Below are positions 19,168 through 27,653 of a stretch of DNA of 64,000 nucleotides, piece by piece. Source of the stretch: a virus; IMG/VR virus record IMGVR_UViG_3300031419_000529, positions 27,173 to 91,172 of that record. One strand, given 5' to 3'. The translations under genes and the position numbers were made by a program. The stretch's first letter is position 1, and every line of letters starts with the position of its first letter. The notes beneath the pieces are model-generated. The model worked only from the letters and a program-made list of their open reading frames with translations. It did not search any database and was not told where the DNA came from.

Positions 19168-19356
19168 TGCACCGTTGGTTTCGTTTACAGCGTTATCGTT
19201 AGGAAGTTCGACTATGCAAAGCATCAAACCATCTTGATTCATCCGCTTATTCAACTGTTGGAAAACGAAGTTAGGGTTATTTTCCAACAGTTGTCTTAAC
19301 TGCCGTTTATCTTCTTCCGTAGGTTTTTGGCGAGCAGTCTTCTCTGATTCATTCAT
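19153..19356 (-). CDS. Hypothetical protein, first gene of pL operon
   Basis: SD GAGGA; 67 aa. Confidence 0.55.
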   Translation of the reverse strand: MNESEKTARQKPTEEDKRQLRQLLENNPNFVFQQLNKRMNQDGLMLCIVELPNDNAVNETNGASGSI

Positions 19357-19370
19357 AGCAGTTCCTCGTT

Positions 19371-19423
19371 TAGTGGTCTTAGTCCTGCCGCCCCGAAATG
19401 GCAGCGGCAGGGTAAAAACACTA
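19371..19423 (-). promoter_or_regulatory. Long stem in pL leader (RNase III site-like)
   Basis: TAGTG..CCTGCCGC-loop-GCGGCAGG..CACTA; position equals the lambda N leader RIII hairpin. Confidence 0.5.
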
Positions 19424-19507
19424 CAGGCTTAGCGATCAGTGGACATCATCCGACTGAGTTGCGCCGCGACGGGTGCTGGGTACCCTGTGTTGCTGTCGCT
19501 ACCTGTT

Positions 19508-19519
19508 TGTTAAAGAGCA
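19508..19519 (-). promoter_or_regulatory. nutL boxA
   Basis: TGCTCTTTAACA on minus strand just after pL. Confidence 0.85.
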
Positions 19520-19539
19520 ATCCCGGTTGGGATGGCTTT

Positions 19540-19592
19540 AATGTAAGTTTTTCTACAATGAGCGGTCAAGTGATTTTTGTAAGTTTTTCTAC
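19540..19592 (-). promoter_or_regulatory. pL promoter with two OL operators
   Basis: TTGACC-18-TACATT; TGTAAGTTTTTCTAC at 19542 and 19578; same motif at OR. Confidence 0.8.
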
Positions 19593-19626
19593 TTTTCAGG
19601 GCGTGTGAGATCTGAAGGTGGGATGA

Positions 19627-19944
19627 TTAGTTGTGGGAGAACAAGAGATAGGCCACGCTACTAAAACCAATTGCTGTTACAAAATAGTGAGATTTGTCAA
19701 TAACAAAGCTCTTTGTGGAGGGACTGAGTTTTATGAAAGTGGACAAAAATGGGAAGAGTACGAGAGTAATTACAGCACCTACAAATATTGACCATGCAAA
19801 CATGAAGCCGCCAGTTACAAGATCATGAAAAATCCCCTTATTTTCTTCCGAGGCAATAATACAGAGTATTACATAGTAGGTAATGTAAATATATTTAATT
19901 TTATTAGTGTTTTTTATATTATTTATCTTAGAGTTCATCTTCAC
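19627..19944 (-). CDS. Small 3-TM membrane protein in cI operon
   Basis: Hydrophobic segments, AT-rich, overlaps upstream gene. Confidence 0.65.
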   Translation of the reverse strand: MKMNSKINNIKNTNKIKYIYITYYVILCIIASEENKGIFHDLVTGGFMFAWSIFVGAVITLVLFPFLSTFIKLSPSTKSFVIDKSHYFVTAIGFSSVAYLLFSHN

Positions 19945-20323
19945 AAAGCGCCTTGAGCAAGTTAGGAGTCACACTGTTATTAATTCTTTTATTAGCAGAT
20001 AAATAACCTATTATTTGACCTTGCTTAATAATCATGGGAGGGTTACTGGAATAAGCATTGAAAGGTGAATATTGGCTGTATTCACTTCCAAAGGTGCCGT
20101 ATTCATTCCAAATGGAGCTTGAGCTATATTGACTTCCATATGTGCCATATTCATTAAAAATAGAGTCGGAATCGTAGCTATTTGTCACATTACCCAGTTT
20201 GGTGTTTTGAGGGTCCTGCGCGATCAGTACTGCACCGCTTACAACATTGCATAGCTGATTTGCACCGAGTGATGGGAGCGCAAGAGAAAATAAGGCGACC
20301 CCAAGGAAATTTCTTACCATCAC
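19928..20323 (-). CDS. Exported protein with NEYG repeats in cI operon
   Basis: Signal peptide; SIFNEYGTYGSQYS/SIWNEYGTFGSEYS; starts 5 bp after cI stop. Confidence 0.75.
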   Translation of the reverse strand: MMVRNFLGVALFSLALPSLGANQLCNVVSGAVLIAQDPQNTKLGNVTNSYDSDSIFNEYGTYGSQYSSSSIWNEYGTFGSEYSQYSPFNAYSSNPPMIIKQGQIIGYLSANKRINNSVTPNLLKALCEDEL

Positions 20324-20328
20324 AAATC

Positions 20329-21003
20329 CTATATTGGTTTTATATGACAGATTACAGTTCCAATTATACGACAGTTACTATCAAATTTAACAAACCTCAT
20401 TTCTTGAGGGTAGTCAGGGTTTGTTGCCTTTAGATACCCAATGTTGTCTATTAATTGAAATTGCTTAAGTCCAACATTATTAGATGTATTAAATGCTGAT
20501 ATAATATACTGCCCGTTCATTGGAGTGCGAAGTGCTTCATCAACAAAGACTGTGTCGCCCATCTCAAATCGCGGAAGCATGGAATCATCATTAATCTCTA
20601 TCGAAAAAGTATTGTTGCTGCAAGGGACTGGGCAAGGAATATGTTTATCACTTCCTGAGGAAGAAACGGTAGCGCTTTTCGAGTTAACAATAGTTTGCCA
20701 AGTTACATAGGGGACAAGTCGAAGGTCTACCTTGTCACTGAGGGGGGAAGAGCTAATGGCCTTTTCCTCGATAGAACCAACATTGTTTACCAACCACTCC
20801 GCAGAGCACTTGAGCACTTGAATTACTGCCAATAGCACTTTGTCCTTCATGCTTTCTTGGCTGCCATTTTCGATGTTGCTGATCGTTACGCGCGTGAGTT
20901 TCCGCTCGCCTTGCAGCAAGCGATTTATCTCTTTTACGGCCTCCTCTTGAGTCAGACCAAGCTGCTCACGGCGCCATCTAAAACGTTCACCGAGTGTTTT
21001 CAT
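20329..21003 (-). CDS. cI: CI-like repressor (HTH plus S24 domain), lacking the Ala-Gly cleavage site
   Basis: LGLTQEE..TISNIENG HTH; DDSM and GLKQ catalytic motifs; VPYVTWQTIV where VPxxxWVQAG is expected. Confidence 0.92.
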   Translation of the reverse strand: MKTLGERFRWRREQLGLTQEEAVKEINRLLQGERKLTRVTISNIENGSQESMKDKVLLAVIQVLKCSAEWLVNNVGSIEEKAISSSPLSDKVDLRLVPYVTWQTIVNSKSATVSSSGSDKHIPCPVPCSNNTFSIEINDDSMLPRFEMGDTVFVDEALRTPMNGQYIISAFNTSNNVGLKQFQLIDNIGYLKATNPDYPQEMRFVKFDSNCRIIGTVICHIKPI

Positions 21004-21051
21004 ACGTATACGATACGGAAAACTAACGTAGGTTTCATGACGTCAATTTTC

Positions 21052-21080
21052 TTGCTATAAAATGTAGAATAACTTACATT
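21052..21080 (+). promoter_or_regulatory. pR promoter overlapping OR operator
   Basis: TTGCTA-17-TACATT; TGTAGAATAACTTACA is the reverse complement of the OL motif with one mismatch. Confidence 0.8.
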
Positions 21081-21098
21081 TCGAGATTGGAGGTGCCT

Positions 21099-21338
21099 AT
21101 GACTACGACAGGCAAGACGCTGTATCAGATCCTGAAAGAAAAGTACGGGAATGACAATGGCATCGCGAAGGCGTTCAGTGTTGAACGACCAACTGTTTTT
21201 ACCTGGCGGAAAACCACGCCAGAAAAAATCGCTTTGCTTTGCCATATTTCCCCCGAAATCCCATACACCTACAACCCAGCGGACTACGGCCGCAACCCTG
21301 AGAATTTAAGCCTGGTTCTGACCAAACCAGCCTGTTAG
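21099..21338 (+). CDS. cro: Cro-like repressor (start 21099)
   Basis: GGAGG SD; GIAKAFSVERPTVFTWRK HTH; divergent from cI. Confidence 0.85.
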   Translation: MTTTGKTLYQILKEKYGNDNGIAKAFSVERPTVFTWRKTTPEKIALLCHISPEIPYTYNPADYGRNPENLSLVLTKPAC

Positions 21339-21358
21339 CAACGCATAAGGACTGACCA

Positions 21359-21721
21359 ATGACCACAATTTACCAGCCAGGCAATGGAACGGCAGGGGCC
21401 GCGATAGCCTCCGGCGTTCGCCGTGAGCTGCTGTCACGCAAGAAGGTAGGCAAAAACGGCCTACCATTCGCTGCTGTACGCGAAGACCAGATCAAAACGC
21501 GATGGACTGAGAGCGAGGCAGTGACGATCAAAAGTGCTGCCGATGCCATGGCGTCCAACCCCGCAGTTGAAACCAACGTCGCCGCGATCCGGGGCTTTCT
21601 GGCTATGTTCGCTGAAGCCCCTGAGATGTTGGTTCACGTCCACAACGAACTGAAGGCCGCCGGCCTGTCTGTTCCTGAATGGCTGCCACCACTTCCATCA
21701 ACAAAGGAGCTGCCACTATGA
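21359..21721 (+). CDS. cII-position regulator, possibly ribbon-helix-helix
   Basis: Position after cro; IKTRWTESEAVTIKSAADAM RHH-like. Confidence 0.6.
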   Translation: MTTIYQPGNGTAGAAIASGVRRELLSRKKVGKNGLPFAAVREDQIKTRWTESEAVTIKSAADAMASNPAVETNVAAIRGFLAMFAEAPEMLVHVHNELKAAGLSVPEWLPPLPSTKELPL

Positions 21722-21900
21722 GCCAGCAATCAACCACCCAATCCGTAGAACTGATATCCAGCCTCATTGGTAAGAAGCTGGGTATCGCTGGGCATGAAGC
21801 CCGGCGTTTGGCTATCACAGGGATACTGTCAGGGGTAACGCAGGCGTACTACTCACGGGAAAGTGACAAACATGGGGCCTCTGCTTCGAGGTCTGAGTAA
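21718..21900 (+). CDS. Small hypothetical protein
   Basis: AAGGAG SD; ATGA overlap. Confidence 0.6.
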   Translation: MSQQSTTQSVELISSLIGKKLGIAGHEARRLAITGILSGVTQAYYSRESDKHGASASRSE

Positions 21901-22952
21901 TGGCAATTGTCAGAACCAACCGCCAGCGTGGATTCACCATGATCGACAATGCGGCTATCGGCAATAAAACGCTGAGCTGGGCGGCTGAAGGAATGCTGCA
22001 TTATCTGCTGTCCAAGCCTGATGGCTGGTCAGTCAATCCGTCACACCTGTGGCAGGAGAAGAAGGGCGTTCGCGGCTGCGGCCGTGATGCCGTTTACAAG
22101 CTGCTGAACGAACTGATCCAGGTCGGTTTTATTCATCGTTTCCAACTGCGCGATGCCAAGGGTGTGACCGATGGTTTCGATTATTTCGTCTTCGACACGC
22201 CGCAACCGCATCCTGAAATTCAGGAAGTGGATGAACCCCAAGCGCCGCAAGGCTTGGCTCCGAATCCTGAAAATCAGGAAATGGACGAACCACCGTATCC
22301 TGAAAATCCGTATCCTGAAATTCAGGGCATTAGTAAAGACGGATCTGTAGTAAATACTGATCTCTCTCTCTTAGGCGATGCTCAAAATTCAGCCGGTGAT
22401 GAAACACCGCTAAACCCACACCTGAATGCCATTTTGAATAACCGCCCACCGGCGCCACAACCTGCACCGCAATTCGGCATGTTCCCGATGTCGTTCGACT
22501 GGGTACCTGGTGACGACTTTGCGCAAATCGCGCACCTGTCCGGTTTGACCGCGGCGGAATTCACTCCTGAGCTACTGAACGAGTTCCGGATCTTCTGGAA
22601 GCCGACAGGCCGGGTGTATTACCACTCCCAGTGGCAGCAAAAATTTATCAGCTCACTAAAACACGAGCAATTGCGAGGGCAACGCTATGCGCGACCGCAA
22701 CGGGCCGAAGCCGGTAACGGCGGCGGCAATGCAACGGATCGCTTCCAGCAGGGCGTCGCCGCAATACGAGCCGTACAGGAAAAATACGGCTACGGCGGCG
22801 GAACAGAAGACGATTCAGGGGATTGTCTTGACGGTGATTTTGCCCATGTATCCGATCCACTGGCCAACGTGGGTCAGTCGAATGAATACGACGGTACTGA
22901 TGGAGGCATTTGGAACGGAACTGACGCGGGTTCTGTTGCAGGACGCAATTAA
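21900..22952 (+). CDS. Replication initiator (O-like; HTH N-term, DnaT-like domain)
   Basis: LSWAAEGMLHYLLSKPDGW; internal iterons; FPMSFDWVP...EFRIFW...QWQQKF. Confidence 0.85.
   Translation: MAIVRTNRQRGFTMIDNAAIGNKTLSWAAEGMLHYLLSKPDGWSVNPSHLWQEKKGVRGCGRDAVYKLLNELIQVGFIHRFQLRDAKGVTDGFDYFVFDTPQPHPEIQEVDEPQAPQGLAPNPENQEMDEPPYPENPYPEIQGISKDGSVVNTDLSLLGDAQNSAGDETPLNPHLNAILNNRPPAPQPAPQFGMFPMSFDWVPGDDFAQIAHLSGLTAAEFTPELLNEFRIFWKPTGRVYYHSQWQQKFISSLKHEQLRGQRYARPQRAEAGNGGGNATDRFQQGVAAIRAVQEKYGYGGGTEDDSGDCLDGDFAHVSDPLANVGQSNEYDGTDGGIWNGTDAGSVAGRN
22211..22327. repeat. Replication origin iterons (4 x TCCTGAAAWTCMGKR)
   Basis: Copies at 22211, 22265, 22298, 22313 inside the initiator gene. Confidence 0.85.
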
Positions 22953-23442
22953 CCCGGAACAGCTGAACTACGCCATCAGGGCGGCACCGGGACGCAAGTT
23001 TTATCCGTTCCCTGCGCCACCGGACTGGCTGTCCATGGCGAAAGAGCTGATCGACGCCAGACTGCCGACAGTGGATAGCGTGATGGAGGAGTTTGACCGT
23101 TACAGCGCAAGACGGGGCTATTTCGACAGCCCTGAAGAGTTCAGATGGAAAGCGCCGATCTTGTACTGGATTGTCACCGATATGCGCAAGGCTATGCAGC
23201 AGTACAACCATGGCGTTGCTGAGCTGCGAAAAGTGGCAGAGCGGCTGCTCCGTCAGTGGGAAAAGAAACTACAGGATGGGGAGCAAATCCCGGAACCAGC
23301 AATCAGGCTGGGTTACACGGAAACGCCGATAGGTGTTGGAAAAGAACGGGGATTGACCACCCCCGAAACAGAGAAAAAAGGCGCGGCGCTTCTTCAGGCA
23401 ATTCGGCTGAAGGTGGCCCTAGCAAAAACAAGTAAGGACTGA
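22687..23442 (+). CDS. Lambda P-like helicase loader
   Basis: MQRIASS..PQYE, PFPAPPDW, LPTVDSVMEEF, ILYWIVTDMR resemble the P family; GAGG SD. Confidence 0.8.
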   Translation: MRDRNGPKPVTAAAMQRIASSRASPQYEPYRKNTATAAEQKTIQGIVLTVILPMYPIHWPTWVSRMNTTVLMEAFGTELTRVLLQDAINPEQLNYAIRAAPGRKFYPFPAPPDWLSMAKELIDARLPTVDSVMEEFDRYSARRGYFDSPEEFRWKAPILYWIVTDMRKAMQQYNHGVAELRKVAERLLRQWEKKLQDGEQIPEPAIRLGYTETPIGVGKERGLTTPETEKKGAALLQAIRLKVALAKTSKD

Positions 23443-23445
23443 CCA

Positions 23446-24588
23446 ATGACCATTTGTATCAAAAACGCACTGATTTACCGCTTGTCCCGAGGTGTGGATC
23501 TGAGCGGGATGGAAGAGCAACTGGCTGCATTTGCGTTCACGCCATGCGGTAGCCAGGACATGGCAAAAACCGGATGGGTGGCACCAATTGGCGATGCGCT
23601 CGTGCACACCGCCAACGGCCAGCATCTGCTGGTGGTACAGCGCGAAGAGAAACTGCTCCCGCGTGAAGTTATTCAAACCGAGCTGAACGAGAAAGTCGCC
23701 AAACTTGAAGCCGAACAGCATCGGAAACTGAAAAAATCAGAGAAAGACGCTCTCAAAGACGAAGTGCTGCATAGCCTGCTGCCGCGTGCTTTCAGCAAAC
23801 ACCATAAAACACAGATCTGGATTAACGAAGGGGCCGGGTTAATCGTCGTTGACGCCGCCAGTGCCAAACGCGCCGAAGATGCGCTGGCGTTACTGCGCAA
23901 AAGCTTGGGTTCCCTCCCAGTGGTGCCGTTGGCCATGGAAAGCCCGATCGAGCTGACCGTGACCGAATGGGTACGCTCTGGCCAGCCGCCAGCGGGCTTT
24001 ACTCTGCAAGATGAGGCCGAGTTGAAAGCGGTTTTGGAAGAGGGCGGGATCATCCGTTGCAAGAAGCAGGATCTGGTCGGTGATGAAATCGCGTCAAACC
24101 TGCAGGCGGGTAAGTTGGTCACGAAGTTGGCGCTGAGTTGGCAGGATCGAATTGATTTCGTGCTGAGCGATGACGGCACGCTGAAGAAACTGAAATTTAG
24201 CGATGTGCTGCTGGAGCAGAACGACGATATTGATCGGGAGGATTACGCCCAACGCTTTGACGCGGACTTTATTCTGCTGACCGGCGAGCTGGCGGCGTTG
24301 ATTGCCAACCTGGTTGCAGCGCTCGGCGGGGAAGCGAGCCATTCTGCCAATAGCAGCGGTTCAACGGCTAATGAGGATGACGATTCGCTGAATGATGAAC
24401 GTTATCCTGAAGCTGTCCAGTTTGTTCTGGCCAAGGGCAGCGCTTCGATTTCAGGCCTGCAGCGTCAATTCCGCATTGGCTATAACCGCGCTGCGCGGCT
24501 GATAGAGCAGATGGAGGCTGGTGGCGTGCTGTCGGAGCCCGGTGTCGATGGCACACGGACAGTGCTGAGTACAGGGGCCGAGCAATGA
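23446..24588 (+). CDS. rdgC: RdgC fused to an FtsK gamma domain
   Basis: [34 protein letters not shown]; C-term [25 protein letters not shown]. Confidence 0.93.
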   Translation: MTICIKNALIYRLSRGVDLSGMEEQLAAFAFTPCGSQDMAKTGWVAPIGDALVHTANGQHLLVVQREEKLLPREVIQTELNEKVAKLEAEQHRKLKKSEKDALKDEVLHSLLPRAFSKHHKTQIWINEGAGLIVVDAASAKRAEDALALLRKSLGSLPVVPLAMESPIELTVTEWVRSGQPPAGFTLQDEAELKAVLEEGGIIRCKKQDLVGDEIASNLQAGKLVTKLALSWQDRIDFVLSDDGTLKKLKFSDVLLEQNDDIDREDYAQRFDADFILLTGELAALIANLVAALGGEASHSANSSGSTANEDDDSLNDERYPEAVQFVLAKGSASISGLQRQFRIGYNRAARLIEQMEAGGVLSEPGVDGTRTVLSTGAEQ

Positions 24589-24932
24589 TGCAGAAACCTC
24601 AAACCTCCGAAAAGGAGCGTAGTTGCATCAACGAGGGGATCCGCAAGCTGCGTAAGGCGGGCCGGTTCGATGAAGCAAATACTCAAATGAACCGGGTTAT
24701 CACGGCAGCCAGCGGTGCTGATTGGCATTCACTGCGCGATCTGGAAAACCTGCTGGCGCAAATGTTCCCTGATGAGGGCGATACCCAGACGGCGATCAGC
24801 GCGCGTCTACGTGAAATCTCTCCGATCCTGCATGGCCTGGTGAAGCAGGTAAGCAAAGTCCGCAACGAAGAATCAGGAAAAACCACCTGGTTCTATCGTC
24901 TTGTGCCTTCTCATCAGGAGGCGCGCCTGTGA
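24585..24932 (+). CDS. Hypothetical wHTH-like phage protein
   Basis: TAISARLRE...TWFYRL. Confidence 0.65.
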   Translation: MMQKPQTSEKERSCINEGIRKLRKAGRFDEANTQMNRVITAASGADWHSLRDLENLLAQMFPDEGDTQTAISARLREISPILHGLVKQVSKVRNEESGKTTWFYRLVPSHQEARL

Positions 24933-25594
24933 TCGACTTTTCAAACACGCCTTATGTTCAGGCGCTGGCGGCGCAAAAACTGGCCCCGACACACGAGCTT
25001 AAGGAAATTGGTGACCAGTGGCGCACGCCGGATCCGTTGTTCTGGGGGATCAATGGCATGTTCGGGCCATTTGTGTTGGATCTTTTCAGTGACGGCGAAA
25101 ACAGCAAGTGCGCGGCGTTCTATACAGCCGAAGATAACGCGTTGGTTCAGGACTGGTCAGCGCGTCTGAAAGATCTGAACGGCGCCGCGTTTGCCAATCC
25201 GCCATACAGCACAGCGAAGCAGCATGAGGGTGAATATATCACTGGCATGCGGCACATCATGCGCCATACGAAGGATATGCGGGAGTTCGGCGGGCGTTAT
25301 GTGTTTCTCATCAAATCGGCGACAGCGGAAGTATGGTGGCCGGAGGATGCGGATCACGTTGCGTTTATTCGTGGCCGTATTGGTTTTGACGTGCCGCTTT
25401 GGTACCGGCCGGCGGATGAAAAACAAGAGGCCACCAGTGCCGGTTTCGGCGCGGCTATCGCTCTGTTCGATAAAACATGGCGCGGCCCGGTTTCAAGTTA
25501 TGTCAGCCGTGACCGGCTAACTGCCCAAGGTGATGCTTTCATGGCACAAATTCGCAGGGAAGCTGAGCGATTGTCGGTGAGGAGTGTCGTGTGA
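24929..25594 (+). CDS. dam: Phage DNA N6-adenine methyltransferase
   Basis: DQWRTP, LDLF, NPPYS, RGRIGF. Confidence 0.92.
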   Translation: MIDFSNTPYVQALAAQKLAPTHELKEIGDQWRTPDPLFWGINGMFGPFVLDLFSDGENSKCAAFYTAEDNALVQDWSARLKDLNGAAFANPPYSTAKQHEGEYITGMRHIMRHTKDMREFGGRYVFLIKSATAEVWWPEDADHVAFIRGRIGFDVPLWYRPADEKQEATSAGFGAAIALFDKTWRGPVSSYVSRDRLTAQGDAFMAQIRREAERLSVRSVV

Positions 25595-26241
25595 CGGCTA
25601 CTACCCGGACTAAATCTTCGCGTAAGCACAAGACGGAAGCATTAGGTGTATTGCTACCAGGTGGTGGTATCAAATATGCGACAGATCACGACAGGGACAC
25701 GATGAAAGGGGTGCCTACGGGCACTCCTATCGCCATGCGTCCGATCGGCGACCGCAGGAACCTGAAGCATCACCGCAAATTCTGGAAGCTGCTGGAGTTG
25801 GGTTTTTCGTATTGGGAGCCAGATTGGACGTTCGTTAGCGATCCGGAGAAGTGGATTGCGCATGAGGTGGCGAAGACACTGGCGATACAGGCTGGCGATC
25901 CGCTGCTTTATGACAACATCACAAAGCTGATCGCCGACAGTGTGCTGCAGCGTGTTGCGGCACAACGGCAGCGCCGCTTTGACGCCGAAGCTGTGAAAAC
26001 GACGGAGGCTTATCTCAATCACGTCATGGTTAAAGCCGGTTTCTATGATCTAGCCGCTAACCCGGACGGCGGAACGTTGAAGCAGCGTTGGAGCATCGCT
26101 TTCGTCAACATGAGCCAGGAGAAGTTCGACAAGGTTTATAGCGGCGTCGCCGGCGTCATCTGGAATGAGACACTGCAGCAACACTTTGCCGATGAGTTTG
26201 AGATGGAACAGGCCGTTAATCGGCTGATTGAGTATGCTTAG
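25591..26241 (+). CDS. DUF1367 family protein
   Basis: RNLKHHRKFWKLLELGFSYWEP; SIAFVNMSQEKF. Confidence 0.85.
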   Translation: MTATTRTKSSRKHKTEALGVLLPGGGIKYATDHDRDTMKGVPTGTPIAMRPIGDRRNLKHHRKFWKLLELGFSYWEPDWTFVSDPEKWIAHEVAKTLAIQAGDPLLYDNITKLIADSVLQRVAAQRQRRFDAEAVKTTEAYLNHVMVKAGFYDLAANPDGGTLKQRWSIAFVNMSQEKFDKVYSGVAGVIWNETLQQHFADEFEMEQAVNRLIEYA

Positions 26242-26295
26242 CTGAGTATTTTCATTATAATTTCAACCACACTAACTTAAATAGAGCTGTTAAAA

Positions 26296-27318
26296 ATGCT
26301 TGATGTTCTTTCCTCAGGAAAAATCACTATTGATCTTCAGTTAATCGCTATCATTGTTGGAGTGGTAGTCACGCTGGCTGCATTTTATTTTCGTAAGGGA
26401 CTATCAAAGGTTGAATTATTTGTTTCGAGTAATGAAGTTACCTCTGAGGTTGACGTAAAATCACTTCAAAGAAAGCTCGATGAATTGGTAACCATTGTTG
26501 AAGGGGCGAAGGACGATGGCATCGTAGGGTTATCTGAAAGTGTCCAAAAGCTTAGGGCAAGAGTGTCAGAGCTTGAATTGCCAGGTCTTGATGTTAATTA
26601 TAAAGAAAGAATCGAAGGTGATATTCAGTCTATAGTTGATTCTCTCTTGGAAAATAATCTTGAAAATAATGATGAAATAAACAACAAAATAACCAATGTT
26701 ATCGATGGAATGATAAGTGAGAAGGTGGCTCTCAATGTTGCCGAAAAGGATAAGATTGCACTTGAAAAAGACAAAAACTTGATCTCTTTGATGCTTAATT
26801 CTAAAGATGATTTCGATTCGTTATTACGGCGCGAGTATGATTACTCATTGAGGTATAAAGGTGTTGTTTTGAATTTATTTATAATAATAAATATTGGGTT
26901 GTTGTTTATTGCGTTATTATATACTCTTTCGATTGCTTTATCCACTTCAGTGATAAATAACGGATTCCCAAGGGAACTGGCGCTGACCATTTCAGGTCTA
27001 TATATTGGATTTGCGTCCTTTGTTATATATGTAATAAAATTTTCAAATGCAAGAATTCTTACGATAATTGCATTGAGGGAGGATATGTCAAAAGAGAATG
27101 TTCTATCTCATTATGTAGATGCCTTTTCAAACAAACCAGAATTGAATGAAAATGATGTAGCAGTAATGAGAGTGTTAACAGTAAATCGCGCACAAAGAGA
27201 ACAGAAAACAAATCACCCATATGAAGTAATACTCCAGGGTATTAGTGGCTCAAATATCCAGTTTAAAGGCGGAAGACTGCAAGTGGGCAAAGATAACAAC
27301 AAGAGTGATCGGGATTAA
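26296..27318 (+). CDS. AT-rich membrane protein (N-term TM, coiled coil, 2 TM)
   Basis: Low-GC insertion between DUF1367 and DUF1364. Confidence 0.75.
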   Translation: MLDVLSSGKITIDLQLIAIIVGVVVTLAAFYFRKGLSKVELFVSSNEVTSEVDVKSLQRKLDELVTIVEGAKDDGIVGLSESVQKLRARVSELELPGLDVNYKERIEGDIQSIVDSLLENNLENNDEINNKITNVIDGMISEKVALNVAEKDKIALEKDKNLISLMLNSKDDFDSLLRREYDYSLRYKGVVLNLFIIINIGLLFIALLYTLSIALSTSVINNGFPRELALTISGLYIGFASFVIYVIKFSNARILTIIALREDMSKENVLSHYVDAFSNKPELNENDVAVMRVLTVNRAQREQKTNHPYEVILQGISGSNIQFKGGRLQVGKDNNKSDRD

Positions 27319-27623
27319 TGCGAGCGTACCGAAGCAAGGCTCTGCGCGATTCGGCGCGGGGCCGCTGCTGCACATTGCAGATCCCAGGAATCTGTAATGG
27401 GAACCCAGAAACAACGGTTCTATGCCATCTTCCCAGCAGCACCCAAGGCATGGGGTATAAGAGCGATGATTTTTGGGCGGTGTTTGGATGTTCCTGTTGT
27501 CATGATGTGATTGATGCGAGAAAATCGTATGATTGGGAAAACGGCGAAAAAGAAGAGCTGCTAATTAATGCTCTTTATTTGACATATAAATATTGGCATT
27601 CACTGTCATTATTTAATTATTAA
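27318..27623 (+). CDS. DUF1364 family protein
   Basis: SARGRCCTLQIPGICNGNPETTVLCH...CSCCHDVID. Confidence 0.88.
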   Translation: MRAYRSKALRDSARGRCCTLQIPGICNGNPETTVLCHLPSSTQGMGYKSDDFWAVFGCSCCHDVIDARKSYDWENGEKEELLINALYLTYKYWHSLSLFNY

Positions 27624-27653
27624 TAGTTAATACGTGAATTATTAGGAGATGTA

